A stretch of 64,000 nucleotides of DNA from Fimbriosthenelais zetlandica (lineage: Eukaryota), in the NCBI GenBank assembly GCA_977030845.1, contig OZ365109.1:17980001-18044000 (forward strand), in the 5' to 3' direction. A program made the translations under genes and the position numbers. A model generated the notes under the pieces. That model had not been told where the DNA came from. It worked only from the letters and a program-made list of their open reading frames with translations, and ran no database searches. Shown piece by piece: positions 46,632 through 60,700 of this stretch (the first letter of the stretch is position 1; every line of letters begins with the position of its first letter).

Positions 46632-48584
46632 ATTGAGGCCGTAAGGATCCAAGCTACAGTACCTTCCACTGTTCGTTCAAACCAGAATCACTGGAGGGTT
46701 ATTCTGAAAAATAGACATGCAGTCTATTTAATTTTTCATCCAATGTTAGCAAGGCCTACTTATGTTTTTTTTTGTAATGAAATAGAATGTGTATTTAAAG
46801 GAAATCAATAGATCAGTGAAAGCATATCATCAAGAAATCAAAGTTTCTCAGGGTCCAAATGGAAGATATTCATTGATCTGACTGTAGACTCAAATTTTTG
46901 TCCTTATTCTTTTCAACTGATAATGTCACCCTGATTTCATAATTATTTGGCAATGTTAATGACATTAAAATTATGATGGTCCATTATTATAAGGACTCAG
47001 ACATGTCTGCGAAGGTAGGGTTGGACATTAAATTTAAACCTTTTTCTGATCCATTCAAAACACAATTATGATATCGTAATTGTAATGATATCGCAGATGT
47101 CAGAGATCTTTTGATGATCTGCTGCATAGCCTGCCATAGGCCTAACCTGCCAGTAACTGGAATATAAGGCCTACAACGACGAAGGCAAATTTGACAAAAC
47201 ATGTTGACAGCACAATACTCAACAGGACGACAGACCAAATGGCAAAATAAAAGCCTGATATACGTTAATTGTAGGCTACCTATATACAATTTAATGCCAG
47301 TAACAGTAGAACCAGCCTCATAAGCTACAATAAACCCATATTCTGGAAGCATGTGCCCAACATCGAAACCACTGTCTGGCTGTCAAAACATTTTCATGAT
47401 GAAACTATGCAAACCACAGGGCCCTACATGTACATGTATGCAGACCGATTAGGCGGGAAGAGGATGTTGGCAGGAGCGCGCCAGGCAAACCCCATACAAG
47501 TGAGCCTACTCAACAAGAAAGCACCACTAGGACTTACCACTCAGTGGCAAATGTATTCTTCCACGGTTATACACACTGCATTTCATTTGACAGGAGAAAA
47601 TGCGATGTCCTTGGCAAAATGTCACGGGCTAACATCCTTCCATCGCCGCCACATTGGCAATAATTTCCCGCTACGTTGCCCGTATGTGGGTCAGAGGTTT
47701 ATGATAATGAGTACGCTGCTGTCAGTGCCGGAGTGGTGAGTGTAGGAGGGACGGTCTGTAGGCCGACTGTCACTCCGATAGCCCCCGTTTTGAACTAAAC
47801 CGATCGAAAACAACTCGCATATCGGCCATCACACTGGTCCAAAATTGTTTCCAGTTTATCGAACGCCATCCATCTGCAGAGGAAATTTGGATTAAACGCA
47901 TGTCAGCCTCTGGGACGTTTGTGGAACGAATATTCGACGAATTGGGGGCACAAAACCGATTTGCCAATGGCAGCCATGATGAGGCGATAATAGGGGGGAA
48001 TGGGGAGTTAGCATGCATGCAACAACACTCCATGCGAACCTGATTTTTATGAATACTTTATTTTTCAATTAACATGATGGAATCAATAATAAATCTGTTT
48101 CATTCATCTATGAACGTAAATAATATGCTTGCCTACCTCCGAGTATCTCGGGCTTTCCTACGGCTGCAGTCCATGCTTTGGCGTTCAACAGTGTTCCAGT
48201 AGATTTGTGCTGACACCTTGTATGTTAACCTGGTATAAAAAATCTGTGGCTTTAACGTTACTTCCACTACAAAACGCCAGGCAGCAGCATCAAATCCTCA
48301 GCTTCTATGGCGCATGGTAAACATGTGTGCAGCCACGACTATGCGCCACCTCCGAGAAAAATGAAAACTAAACAGTAAATGGCGGGAGTTGTAAACCCGC
48401 CACCCGTTGCATCGCGCCAAAAAGCAAGAATCAAGGTAAAAACCATGGGCAGTAGCATGGAAGAAACATTCTACATGGTCCACACACTTAGCCATTCTAA
48501 AGATATTTTAATGAACTAACGTTTTGAATTAAATCCCAATAATTTATGGCAGAGATAGTTTGCCCAGAGTGTGTATTCATCCGT

Positions 48585-48594
48585 ACCGGAAGTG
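48585..48594. promoter_or_regulatory. ETS/GABP site in a probable bidirectional promoter of the zinc-finger gene and the RasGAP
   Basis: ACCGGAAGTG lies between the probable minus-strand first exon (donor at 48137) and the RasGAP ATG at 48771. Confidence 0.45.
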
Positions 48595-48770
48595 AGTTGC
48601 GACTGAAACCTGAGATTGTAGAAACAGGACCCACATCTTACAGTTTGCAACGAGCGTACAACTGGGTTTTTAGGCACTGTTTACTCTTTGACGGCTATGG
48701 CCAACTTTTATTGTTGTGGATTATCTATGCTTTGTGGAAGCGATTTTACCGATGAGAACCCAAAAACAAC

Positions 48771-51700
48771 ATGGCCAAGAGTGTCGCTTTGAAGGAAACA
48801 GGAGGGTCCAGAGTTTACGGGTGGCTGAAAGTATGGGGTAAGTAGAAAATGAAAGTGAGAGGGACAACAAAGTCAAAGCTGGTTAGACAACAACTCCCTC
48901 ACTGTCACCTCTCTGTGTTGTGGCTTGGGCTCTCCGCCCCTAATTATCACTGTTTATTGGCATTTCACGTCGATAATTAGGTGTTCGTACATAACAATTT
49001 AATTTGAACTTTCCCATTATTTATCTTAGGCAATTATTTATGGTCTATTATTCTATAGTTGTGCACTGGGTAGTGCACAACTTCCAAATTATTGATCATC
49101 CTCATGAGTCATCTCATCTTCACTGTTCACCTGGCTTTGATGTCTTATATCAGCATTCCCACATTGGCAGGCTATGTGGCCCATAGGTATACACCTCACC
49201 TGTAGTGAAAGTGCAAGAATATTTTAGACCTAAATTAAGGGTGGCCTAAATAACCATCTTCAATAAATCTATTGGGGTAAATTAATGATCACAAAAATGT
49301 CTTTCAGCAGAGATACCAGTAGCCTATCGATTCATCCTAATCATAGGGCAAATAAAGGAAAAGTTGTCAGGGTTACCCAAGCCAGGTATCTTTTGTCATT
49401 GCCTGTTCTAGATCTAGTGTGACACCTCTCCCCCGCCCTCCCACCTGGCACCACTCACCCCTTTTGTGATTAAAATGTTCGGAATTTAGTATTCCTCAAT
49501 TTCCTGTCTTATCTTTCCAGATCCAAATGGGAATTTTTCGTGGAATGGTCTTATGCAAGGCAGCATTCCACAGCCTGCGTGGGAGCCACAGTTTTGTGTG
49601 CTCTTGCAGACCGAAAAAAAACTCATGCACTGCAGAGCCGAAAATGTAACTATCTTTTTGAAGCGTTACCAAGTAGGCTACTTTCATGTTGAATCACAAG
49701 TGTGATTCAACTTGGAAGAAGGCCTATTACCTTATAGTCCCTTTCTGCCCAACCTCTAGCTTAGGCTACTATGATATTGTGGTTCCCTTGATTTGTCGAA
49801 AAGATTCCTATAAATTAGCATAATGGGTACAGAATGTATTTACCTTAACTTTTATTAAAGTTTTAATTAAATACACAAATGCATAGTATATTAATTTTAT
49901 GCAAAAAGAAAAACTATTTCCCTGCCCCCTATACTACCTTTCCTATACAATACCAGCGTAGTCCTAATGCTAGTTTATGCTGATGAAGTTGTAAGATCAA
50001 TATTTGTAAGAACATTTTTATTTCCTTAAACGCAGGTGTCCGTCTCCGAACTGTCATCATATGATACACATTTAATGCGTTTGGATAGAGGAAAGGAGGA
50101 ATTTGACAAACGATGGGGTTACGAAAGTTTAGACAGCATCAAAGAAAATACCATCCACCAATTTCCTTTCGGTAAGTCTCTTTTTCCTTTTTATGAGAAA
50201 TTATTAATGTAGCTATTATTCTGATACAGATCTGATGGAATAGAAAGGAACAACTAAATTATTTTTATTATCTTTAAAAAACAAAATCGTTATTGGATTA
50301 TACATTATTACAGTATACTAAAGTCTAGTTTGTCTCATCTTCAGAATGGGGCAAAGACCGACTATTCACCAGCTTCTCTCGAAAGTTTGGAAGTTTGAAG
50401 AATAGTAAGTCAGATCAGTATTTCCAGCTTTTAAATGGTTTCTATGTCCCAGCTGGAGGCAAATTAAACAACCCTCATTGAACATTAAACCTATGGACAT
50501 AATGTAACATCCTGCATCCGTCTACAATAACCGTACCACAGAGCCATAATTTCAACATTACATCAATATTTAATGTAAAGCACTCCTCATGATATTTTAT
50601 TTCTTATCAGGCGGCCAAGAAGAAGGACTAGGTAAACGGCGTGGAAGTGTTCCTGTCATAAATACTTCGCCACTGTCAGAAGATACGCCCGATGGTTCCT
50701 TTACACCTTCCAGACTTGCTGTAAGTTCCATTTATTTATTTTGAATTCTTATTTTACCAGAACCACGGCTGTCTTTCAAATCCATATGATTATGTTATTA
50801 AAACTTTTCTGATACCTGACGACTGAAAATTACCATTGATAGCCTGATAGTATTTTCTTTCTTAATTATCAACATTTATATTTTCTTCCCATACAGAGTT
50901 TTTTCTCGAGGAAAAGTACCAAATCAACTCTGAAAAGAACAAAAAGTGTCACCAAACTCGACAGACAAAGGGCATCATCCAACAATGACTTCGAGGGGTA
51001 AGTTAAATTCAGCTTCAAACTTTTTCTTAATGTCTGTTTTGTTGTGGTAATGTTTTGTGTTTCAAAGCATGGTGTGAGTAGATTTGAGTTGCTATATATA
51101 TGTCTTGAGCTTCTAAAAATAATAGTCAAATGGACTGAGGTAGATAATTTGGTAAGTATTGTAATTAATTTAGATACACCTATTATTGTGAGGTCTTTGC
51201 TTCAATCTCTCCTATACCATCCATTTGGACTCGTGTGTTGGGTTTTTCCAGGCGGCTACAGGACTTTATTCACTCGGTTATTCACCATCTCCATTCTACT
51301 CATTTCCATTTAATGCATATTCCAATGTATGCCTTTTTTGGAGGGTGCCAGGGTGGGTGGGTGGTGGGAGGGGGGGGGGGGGGAGTGCAGGTGGGGAGGG
51401 TGGGGTTAGACAATTTAATGCTGGCTAGTGTGAGATCAACCACAAGTCCACTGGATATCTATCCTAGGTTTATGCCTACTCACCGTTTAGAAAAGGGAGC
51501 GTACCATGGGATCAATGAATGAGAAGAATATTCAATGAAATGGACAGCCGAGAAGGAAGACAATTAAGGTGACACAATATCGAGTCTCAATACACTTTCG
51601 TTAACGTTGAAAAAATTATTCTGTAGTTCGGCTTCTGTTTTTTTGCCCTGCATGCAGATCATCCCCATCACCCTCAACACATCCTAAATTTGGCAGCAGC

Positions 51701-54700
51701 CTCAGACGAACCATGAGTCTAGGGAGGCTAGCAAAGCGATGGACACCACGAGCAAAATATGGCGAGGACGGAACCCCAGCTTCCCATTCCCACGCGTAAG
51801 TATTATAGCCAGGTTAAACAGGGCGGCATGAGCCTATAATGCTGTCAATGTCAAACTAACTGCAATACTAATGTCTAATGTGAGTTACACATTGTCAAAT
51901 GGATTCGTTGAAATGGGCCTTAATCGATTTGACGAACATGATTAGATATCATGATGTATTTCATATTGATTTATAGTGCAATGAAATGTCACGAAATGAA
52001 CCAAAATGTCTTGTATATATATATTTATTTTTAAAATAGGCTAGAAGAAGGCGTGTAAGAGTACATGTATTGTCATAAATGTCACGACCACTAACCAATA
52101 GAGACTATAGAGGAGAGTTATATCACTCTCATTCCATTCTCCACTACAGTGCTTTGGACACTGTGGTGCAGATTGATGCGCCTCGATGGCCAAGACGGGA
52201 GTATAGTAGAGCAAGGAATGAATAGGCTGGGGGTCCCAGGGGTGGTCGACCATTGTTGGCTTTCTTCAGGGACAGATTGAGTGAATATATCAATGCAGGG
52301 TCTGTTAAAAAACGTTGTAAATATTGTGTTTATGGAGAGTTTTACACATAGCTTGTATAGGGGTGATAGGAATTGGGAAGATATAAACCTGTTTATCAGA
52401 GTAGATTTTAGCCACTATTTCTGGGTTTCTTGGATTCTTGGCAGCTATAATCTACAGAAATTAAATATTTTCACTCCGCTCTACTGCCTGGTGTTCCCTT
52501 GCTTATGTCTTATGTTTGTTGTACTTTTCAATATATCAATACTATTTGTATTTCCACACTAGAATTGAAATTTTGATAATTCACATTTACACATATTTAC
52601 ATTTCTTCATTTCATAATAATTTAATGACATGTACTGTAATGTTTATAAAAAATAATGATGTCCTTTCTTCAAGCTTTTTACAGAACATAAAATGAATAT
52701 TTTTATTAGAATCTAGTGCCTTCAAAGAATAAAATCCTCCGACTCAGTACCCTCAACATCTGGATTTTCCCCATTTTCTTGGGTCTATACCAGACTGATT
52801 ACTAGAGGCGATAAATTTGTCTAACATATGAGCGTTTTTAATCCCCACCTTTATGTACTGTATGATTCACTCAAATTAGTAATACCTGAAGCAGAATTAA
52901 ATATCAAGTCCTACTTGCTGGATTGGTGTAAAACGCTATCTCAAGTCCTACAAACTATTTTTTCTATGACAAGACTGGAGGACGAGAAGGTAACAGGCTA
53001 ATTGAAAAGAAAAGAAAAATAAATAGATGTAATTGTCATATATCTGAAAAATTAGATTTTTGATAATTATAAGGTCCTAATGATACCATTTGTTCATTAA
53101 TATACTTTTTTTTTAATAACGCGAATCTTTAAATGAATCCCTTTCTCAGCTATCTCCTGTTTTTCTCCACTTTGAAGGTCGCCAATGGCAGTGTCACGTA
53201 TGCGTGCTAGTAGATCTCATGAATCACTTCTCGTTACCTCACTGTCTCCGGAGACTGTGGATCTCTCATCAGAGGAGATCACGGTGAAACCATTACATGG
53301 TAGTATACTGCGACAGGACTGCTGTTTCCAAGTAGCAAACAGGAAAGGAATCAGGATTTACGGTTGTCAGAACTTGCTGGAACAAGAGAAGTGGGTGCAT
53401 GCGTGAGTATTATTTGTGTTTTTATTTTTTACTTCATAAACATTTATACATTTCCTCCTGTTTTTTGATCACTCTGTCCTATCTTTATGGTTCAGGTCAA
53501 TATCCATGCCTTTATTGATTTGTTAAATACATGGGGCCACCTCAGAGCAATAATTCCTACGAGCCTTCATCTATGACGGGGCCTATCAGAATTTGCCCTT
53601 TCTTAAAGTGAACCCATCGATCCAGTGCGGGTGGGGCCCACTAGAAAGCCCCATGAGAGAAAAAGAGCATCCCATAAGCGCCTCATAAAAGGAAGCCGCC
53701 CAGATGTGCCCCGTGGAGAGACGAGGCTCTATAATGGGCCCCATAAAGAGGGAAACCTTATAATGAGCCAATGTATAGGCATCCTGAAGGGAACTTACTG
53801 CGCCTCATGAAGAAAAAGGTCCTTGATGGGCCTCATGAAGTGAGGCAGTCCTTAATGGGTCTCATGAAGAGAGGAGGTCCTTGATGGGCCTCATGAAGAG
53901 AGGAAGTTCTTAATGGGCCTCATGATGAGAGGGGTCCTTGATGGGCCTCATGAAGAGAGGGGGGTCCTTAACAGGCCTCATGAAGAGAGGAAGTTCTTAA
54001 TGGGCCTCATGAAGAGAGGGGTCCTTGATGGGTCTCATGAAGAGAGGTAGTACTTGATGGGTCTCATGAAGAGAGGTGGTGGCCTCATGAAGAGAGGGGG
54101 GTCCTTAATGGGCCTCATGAAGGGAGGTAGTCCTTAACGGGCCTCATGAAGATAAGGGGCCTCATGAAGTGAGGGGGTCCTTGATGTGTCGAGTCATGAA
54201 GATGGCGGGGATGGGGGGGATGGGGTTGGGATAGAGGTGATCACAGATGACCTCATGAAGAAAGGACAGGTAGTCATTAATGGGCTTCATGAAGGGAGGG
54301 GTTCTTGATGGGTGACCCGGTGTCATGAAGAGGAGTTCTTGATGGGTCCCATGAAAAGAGGAGTCCTTAATGAAGACAGGACAGGTAGTTATTAATGGGC
54401 TCCATGGAGTGGAGTATCGTTAATTAATGAGCATCTTGTAGTGGAGGTGGGTGGTCCTTAATGGGCCTCGTGAGAGACCTACCTGTAGTCCAAAGCAAAA
54501 GTTCTGTTGGGCTCCTTTTATTGATCCCATTGGGGAGGAGGCCCACATAGAGGATTTGGGGTCTACTTTAGATATAGCCCCTTAAAGGGGCCATTTAAGG
54601 GGCCCTAAAAAGAGACCCTAAAAAGGTTTTTAGGGTCTCTTGAATAAATGTCTCTTGAAAGCTGCCTCTAGAAATGGGTCATTTTGGTCCATTCTATAGC

Positions 54701-57700
54701 CTAGAGCCTACACCACCATATACAAGGTGCACTGCCCCAGCATCCACTGGGTGTGTAGTGGAGTCTATGGACAGATGTTGCTGCTGCTGGGGGACGCCAG
54801 GTTGACGGTCCTGTCTGAATGGACTCCCAAAGCAATGGAGGCGCGTTCGAAAACCTCAAATAATCACATTTGACCATTAAAATGCCCTTCACCATCTCCA
54901 CAAAGACCTTCTCAAAGATCTTACGAGTTTGTTTTATTGATATGACATAATCCTGATGAGTGACATTGGAAGGTTTGCTGAGTTGGTCACACATGTGGTG
55001 CTTTTGTGTGTTCAGAAACCCCCTTACTTGAATGGGATGGTGTGAGGAGAGGGTGTGGATGCTACCGAACAGAGCCTTATGCTCTGTTGGCATTGCTGAC
55101 CCAGTTTGTATGCTAGCGGCTGTTCTATCTAGGCTATATGATGTTGGAACTAACCATTAGATGCTATTGGAACCTATTACCAGTCCAATTAAGACTGAGA
55201 ATACCTATTCCACATTCATTTTAAAAAGAACTGGTTGAATAGAGACCACCTCAACCACGGGACTGACCCTCAAAGGTAACAACAAGGTGTGGCATCTTTG
55301 ATGGAATAGGGGAGGAGGTAGGAAAAGGGGGAGAAGGAGGATGCTGTTGGACAATCGTGGTTACCACCAGTGACCCTGGGTCTTGACACTCAGGCGGTTG
55401 GAGTCTGAGGTGGGGATGAAGAAGGAAGAGGAAAAATATCTAAGCAATATCTGCCTGTGGATACTGTTCCTCATGCTTTCCAGCCTTTCATATGTGGAGA
55501 TATACCCTCTTCTTCAGAGCCAAGGTTAGGTCAACATGTTTTATTCATTCGAACAGGTCAATTTTTATCATCTATCTTTAAGGTTGTCAACATGTGCTAA
55601 ATTATGCTAGAGTATTAAAGACAGTCAGCGCTTCTTGATATTGATGGTAGTGGTAGTAGTGATCAATGGTCAGGCGGGCGGGGGGGGGGGGGGGTGCTGA
55701 AGGGGTCGGGGAGGGGGCATGCTGATAAGATAACTTCTTTCTATCACATTTAAATACTTTTGGAAATGGGAAACATTGCCTGAATATTGCGTTCCATAGT
55801 AAGCTGTCTTATATAGCTATCCTATTTATAGACTTCTTGTATGCTGAGCACATATTCACCCCTAGCCCCCCACCCTACCCACCCCGCCCTTCCCACACTA
55901 TTTACATAAGAATCTTAAGCCATAACATCATGCAGTCCCAGGTTGACATAACATAATTCAGTGATTCTACTATTACATGTACTCGTGTGTGAGGTCCGAT
56001 ATTTCAATGCACAGAAATTGTATTTCTGATTCGGAGTAAATTGGCTTCAAATAGTTAATCTAAGTCCCATTAAACTGCCTGAATCAGAAAGTGTAGCTAC
56101 TTGGTAAAATTCCTGCACCCATGGTAAGGTGTGAGGGCGACAGGTGAAAGGATGGCTTTTCACTCCCACAAGTGACATCGGTGCCTCCCACAGTGCCACA
56201 CCTGCTGTTCACATTATAAACACTATCATTGCATGTCACTTGTTTTAAAGTTAGTTTGACAGGAGGGACATGTAGCTTTCAGATGTTTGATGGCCTTGAA
56301 ACTGCGTATACCAACAGTGGCAAATAGGTTAGCATTAGGATTAATGGAATAAAGGCACACTAGAGGGTTGAAAATTCTACATCGCAATAGATGCCCTATA
56401 ACTATGTTAAGGGCTAAAATACTGAGGTGTGGCGTGCGAATGCATCATTTAATACCACTCCCATCCACCACTGGATTATTATGCCCTAGCTTTGAAGAGT
56501 GCATTGAAAACATTGCCAGAAGTGTTTACCCTAATTCATGTACATATAATTTATGAATTGGAATGGGTCCTTTGTCGCCTATAGGGGCAACAGCCTCGAT
56601 CTGGCTTTTCACAGTTATCATACACACTGAAATCCAGGATGAACTTGTTTACAATTCGACTTTCTGTTTTTTACAGTTTGAGAAAATCTGTCATGCCCAA
56701 TCAGGACGACGTTTTGCGGACTGAACATTCACTCAAGTTCTGGGTGTTAGAAGCCAAGAACTGTATAACCAAGAAGAGGTCAGTAGTTTCTTATTAATAG
56801 CTTATCAAATATCAATTCTTATTATTCATCAACTGTGATGAAAGGTCTCATGTATTGTACATTTTTGTCCATGGGAAATTGTTTTTAGTTTGATTGTACC
56901 GTCTCAATTTTCTTAATAACTTGGATGACTTTTTTTTTGCAGGTACTTCTGTGAAGTAAACTTAGACAAAACCCTCTATTCTCGTACATCAACAAAGCAA
57001 AACAATGACATGCTCTTTTGGGGAGAGCTCTTTGAGTTCAAGTAAGTTTTAAAAAATAGTATCTTGGATTATTTTGATCAGTTCTTCTTTGTCAAATAAT
57101 TAAATTAAATGGTTTTTATTTAGAAAAGTTAAGACCTTGTAAAATCTTTGTATTAATGATTGAACTACACTTTATTCAGTAACCTGCCGTCCGTGGAAGT
57201 TATCACAGTCAACTTGTTCAGGGAAGCGGAGAAAAAGAAGAAAAAAGAAAAAAATGTATTAGCTGGTATGTGTACATTCTTCCTTTTGTGTGGACAATTT
57301 GAAGTTCTATCTCACTTGGACACTAACGTGACCAAAAAAGAGATACAATTTTGTACTGTTCTAAGTTACTGTGTCGATTTTGTCTTACTATTTAAGCTTA
57401 AATCTCAAATGAGGAAAAACCTTTTTAATGACAGTTCTAGTAGCCAAGTATTTTTTTCTTTCCGTTGTCCAGCTTACATACACATACCAGTGTCTGATAT
57501 CTGTGGTCGGCAGCTAACGGAACGATGGTAAGTTCACCGTCACGTTTTCATTTAGGCTTTAGCATATCTCGCACTTGCTAAATGAAATTACAGATTCAAG
57601 TATATAGGAAATGTAAACTTGCAAAATACATTATATAATAAGCTTTGAAAATGTATGAAACGAGTTGCAGCATAGGAATAATTGTTGTTTGAGATTAAAT

Positions 57701-60700
57701 GATATTTATAATATTATCTGTTCAGTAAATTGAGTGATACTTTTTGTTAACAGGTACTCGGCCAGTTCTGCAATCGTAGGGAAAGCGGGGAAGGAAAACA
57801 AGGGAGAGTTACCTTTAATACGAATACGAGCTCGTTATCAGACTGTCAATATCCTCCCTATGGACCTTTATATACCACTAATCAATGTAAGCTGTTGTTC
57901 CTTACTTATAAATTATTTTAATATTCTGAAATTTACCATTAGTCTGAAATTTACCATAACCTTGAGTTCTATCAGAGACACTGGTTCTATGCGTTGGTTT
58001 CGCCCTGGCTGTTAACCTTTTGTAGCCTAATCTTTGAATGATTAATGCTTACATTTTCTCATCATTGATCTTTCAGTACATGAAGACAGGCGTGTATAGA
58101 TTGGTGGATGTTCTGGAACACATAATTAGTATAAAGTCGAAAGAAGAGATTGCATCTACGTTGGTCCACACACTGCAGAAACTGGGCATGGCCAAGGAGT
58201 TCCTCTGTGATATTGTCATGACTGAAGTTGATAAAATAGGTGAGCTAGATCTCGATTAGTGCACTTTCTCCCTTCTTTCCCTTCCCTGTTTTCTCCCCAA
58301 AAGGCTCACAAAATGATGTGACGCCACGGTGGAATGGTTCTCTATTTGCTAATTAATACACTAAGAACAATTCAAGTTATCATATTTTTCCTTTTACATT
58401 TACTTTTTTATAGTGTTAAATGTTTATGGCGTTTTTTACTTCGTTTTGCAGATAATGAAAATCTGACATTCCGTGGAAACAGTATAGCAACGAAAGCCAT
58501 GGAGGCCTATATGAAACTTGTTGGTGAAAAGGTGAGTAAGAAAAAACAAACTAATTAGTAATGTTAATTAAAATGAAGATCTGGAATATGTGCCCTACAC
58601 CTGAACATCTTTCCGCAACACTATCATTGAGAAAAAGTGACATAAAAACATACATGCACTTTCATTGGTCAGAAACTAATTCTTTTAGCGATTTTGGTGT
58701 TTTTTATGAAGCCTTTTAAAGTTTCTCTCTTTAATTTTCTATGCGCCTCATCGTGTAACTGCCTGTTTACCTATTACTCAATTTCTTTCCTGACTACCTC
58801 TCACATGCTCTGAATATACTTATTCCCCTTTTATTCAGTATATTCAAGACACCTTGGGAGACTTTATTCACGTGGTGATGAGTTCCTCGGATGACTGTGA
58901 AGTTGACCCAACAAGAGTTGCCAACAACCCTACCTTACAAAAGAACCAAAAGAACCTAGTCACTTATTGTGAAATGGTTTGGTCTCGGATCATCAACTCT
59001 TACATTTTCTTCCCCAAGTAAGTTTTCATTTAATACATTGGAGATCAGCTACAAATAATACTGTGGGGGAGTTTGGAATACTGCATTCATATCTTGGAGT
59101 CACTGTGACCTCAGTTCTGCTTAAGCCTCGAGACGAAGGCAATGTGTATTGTTTATACAGTATAAAACATTTCCTATAATTTTTATACCAAATATGTCAT
59201 CGTTAGATATTTGAAAAATTAAAACTAAATAAATTTAGTATACCAAATATTTCTTAACAAAGATTTAATTTTTCACTGTTGTTTAATGTTTTAATTTCGG
59301 TTTTTGATCTGTAGGGAGCTACATTGTGTGTTCGCTGGACTGTCACAGAGATGTGCTGAATGTAAGCGGCCTGACGTGGCCGAGCATCTCGTCTCCTCCT
59401 GCGTATTCCTCCGCTTCCTCTGCCCGGCCATCTTGTCACCCAGTCTCTTTAACCTCTCACAGGAGTTCCCACAAGACAAGGCGGCCCGCAACCTGACCCT
59501 CATCGCCAAAACCATCCAGAACCTGGCTAATCTCACCAAGTAAATTCTTCCTTAGATATATTTTGCTAAATGAAACACAATGGTTTGGGTACTACCTACA
59601 ACTTTTGTCCTTAATATTGAAATAAAAATATATAATATAAAAATTAAGTAAAATTCTCTTAACATTCTAATCAGTTTACTACCTTTAATATTAAAAAAAT
59701 GTTTCTGCTGCCGAGGTAAAGATTATCTCCGACCAATCATAGAGTCGGGCATTATAGTTACATTCTGTAACTGTTACATTCTGTAACTGTTACATTCTAA
59801 CCTTGTCTTTATATTTGCTTTCAGATTTGGAGCCAAGGAGGAATACATGACGTTCATGAATTATTTTGTCGATCGGGAACTAGAGAAAATGAAAATGTTC
59901 ACCAAGCAGATTTCCGTAAGTGTGACACATTGCTTTAGACTATACCCAGCCCTGTATACCTATCAGTTTGTGCCTTCCAGGTTTAGAAATGTTGATTTCC
60001 ATTTGATCATGATTAATGATTATTTTCCTTACAGAGTGCTAATACCAAGATAACAAGTGAGAACTTTGATGGGTTGATCGATCTTGGCAAGCAGCTCTCT
60101 ATTCTTAAAACAGTGCTCACTGAGAGTCTAGAGAAAGTGGATGAGGTGGGTTCATTTTATAATTATTTATATTGTGTATATTAAAAAATTCTCTTTCCAT
60201 TTTAAATTTCCCAAGGAGGAATCACTAAACATTTGGCTTACTCCTGAAACTGATTTAGACTGAAACTATGTACAAGTCTTAGCACTGACTATACAAGCGA
60301 TTACACATGTCATTTTGAATATCTATTCTAATATTCCTATGTGCATCTCAGGATTCTATAGTATTCATCATTGATAAGATTACACTCATATTTTTCACAG
60401 GTGGACGAAATGAAGCTTGGTGAACTCAAACAAATCTTGTCGAAACTCTCAGAATATGAACAATGTGCTCTCACTTCTCAGTTAGAAGAGGATGAAGTGT
60501 CTAACAGTGTCCCTCCATATGATAACGTAATTCAATGCTCCCAGACTAGCTCTCGAAGTCACGTAGCCCCCAGTGCTGCCAACCACAGTTCAACCAACCA
60601 ACTCCTGTCAAACCTCATGAAGGACTACCATGACGCTGACTTATCCCGCTCTCAGGACTTACCGGTTGTACCTAACCAAATAAACGCTACCCCGCCACCA

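Noticed and set aside
46632-46652. ORF-track start of the 935-aa zinc-finger ORF at 46652
   Set aside because: That codon is TTG within the exon leader; the first in-frame ATG is at 46631.
47353-48033. ORFs in zinc-finger intron 1 (47353-47739 + and 47770-48033 -)
   Set aside because: No domain motifs or coding-like composition; the 48033 ORF lacks splice context. More likely promoter-proximal CpG-rich sequence.
53803-54480. CRISPR array interpretation of the 29-bp repeats
   Set aside because: Units are head-to-tail with no unique spacers, there are no cas genes, and the context is a eukaryotic intron.
54701-55093. 130-aa minus-strand ORF as a transposase remnant
   Set aside because: No DDE, Rep or RT motifs; the faint IFEKVF likeness to Harbinger is not supported by neighbouring residues.
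60352-60360. 9-nt micro-exon (CAG|GATTCTATA|GT) in the RasGAP
   Set aside because: It would leave a 40-nt downstream intron, shorter than any other intron here, with a weak donor.
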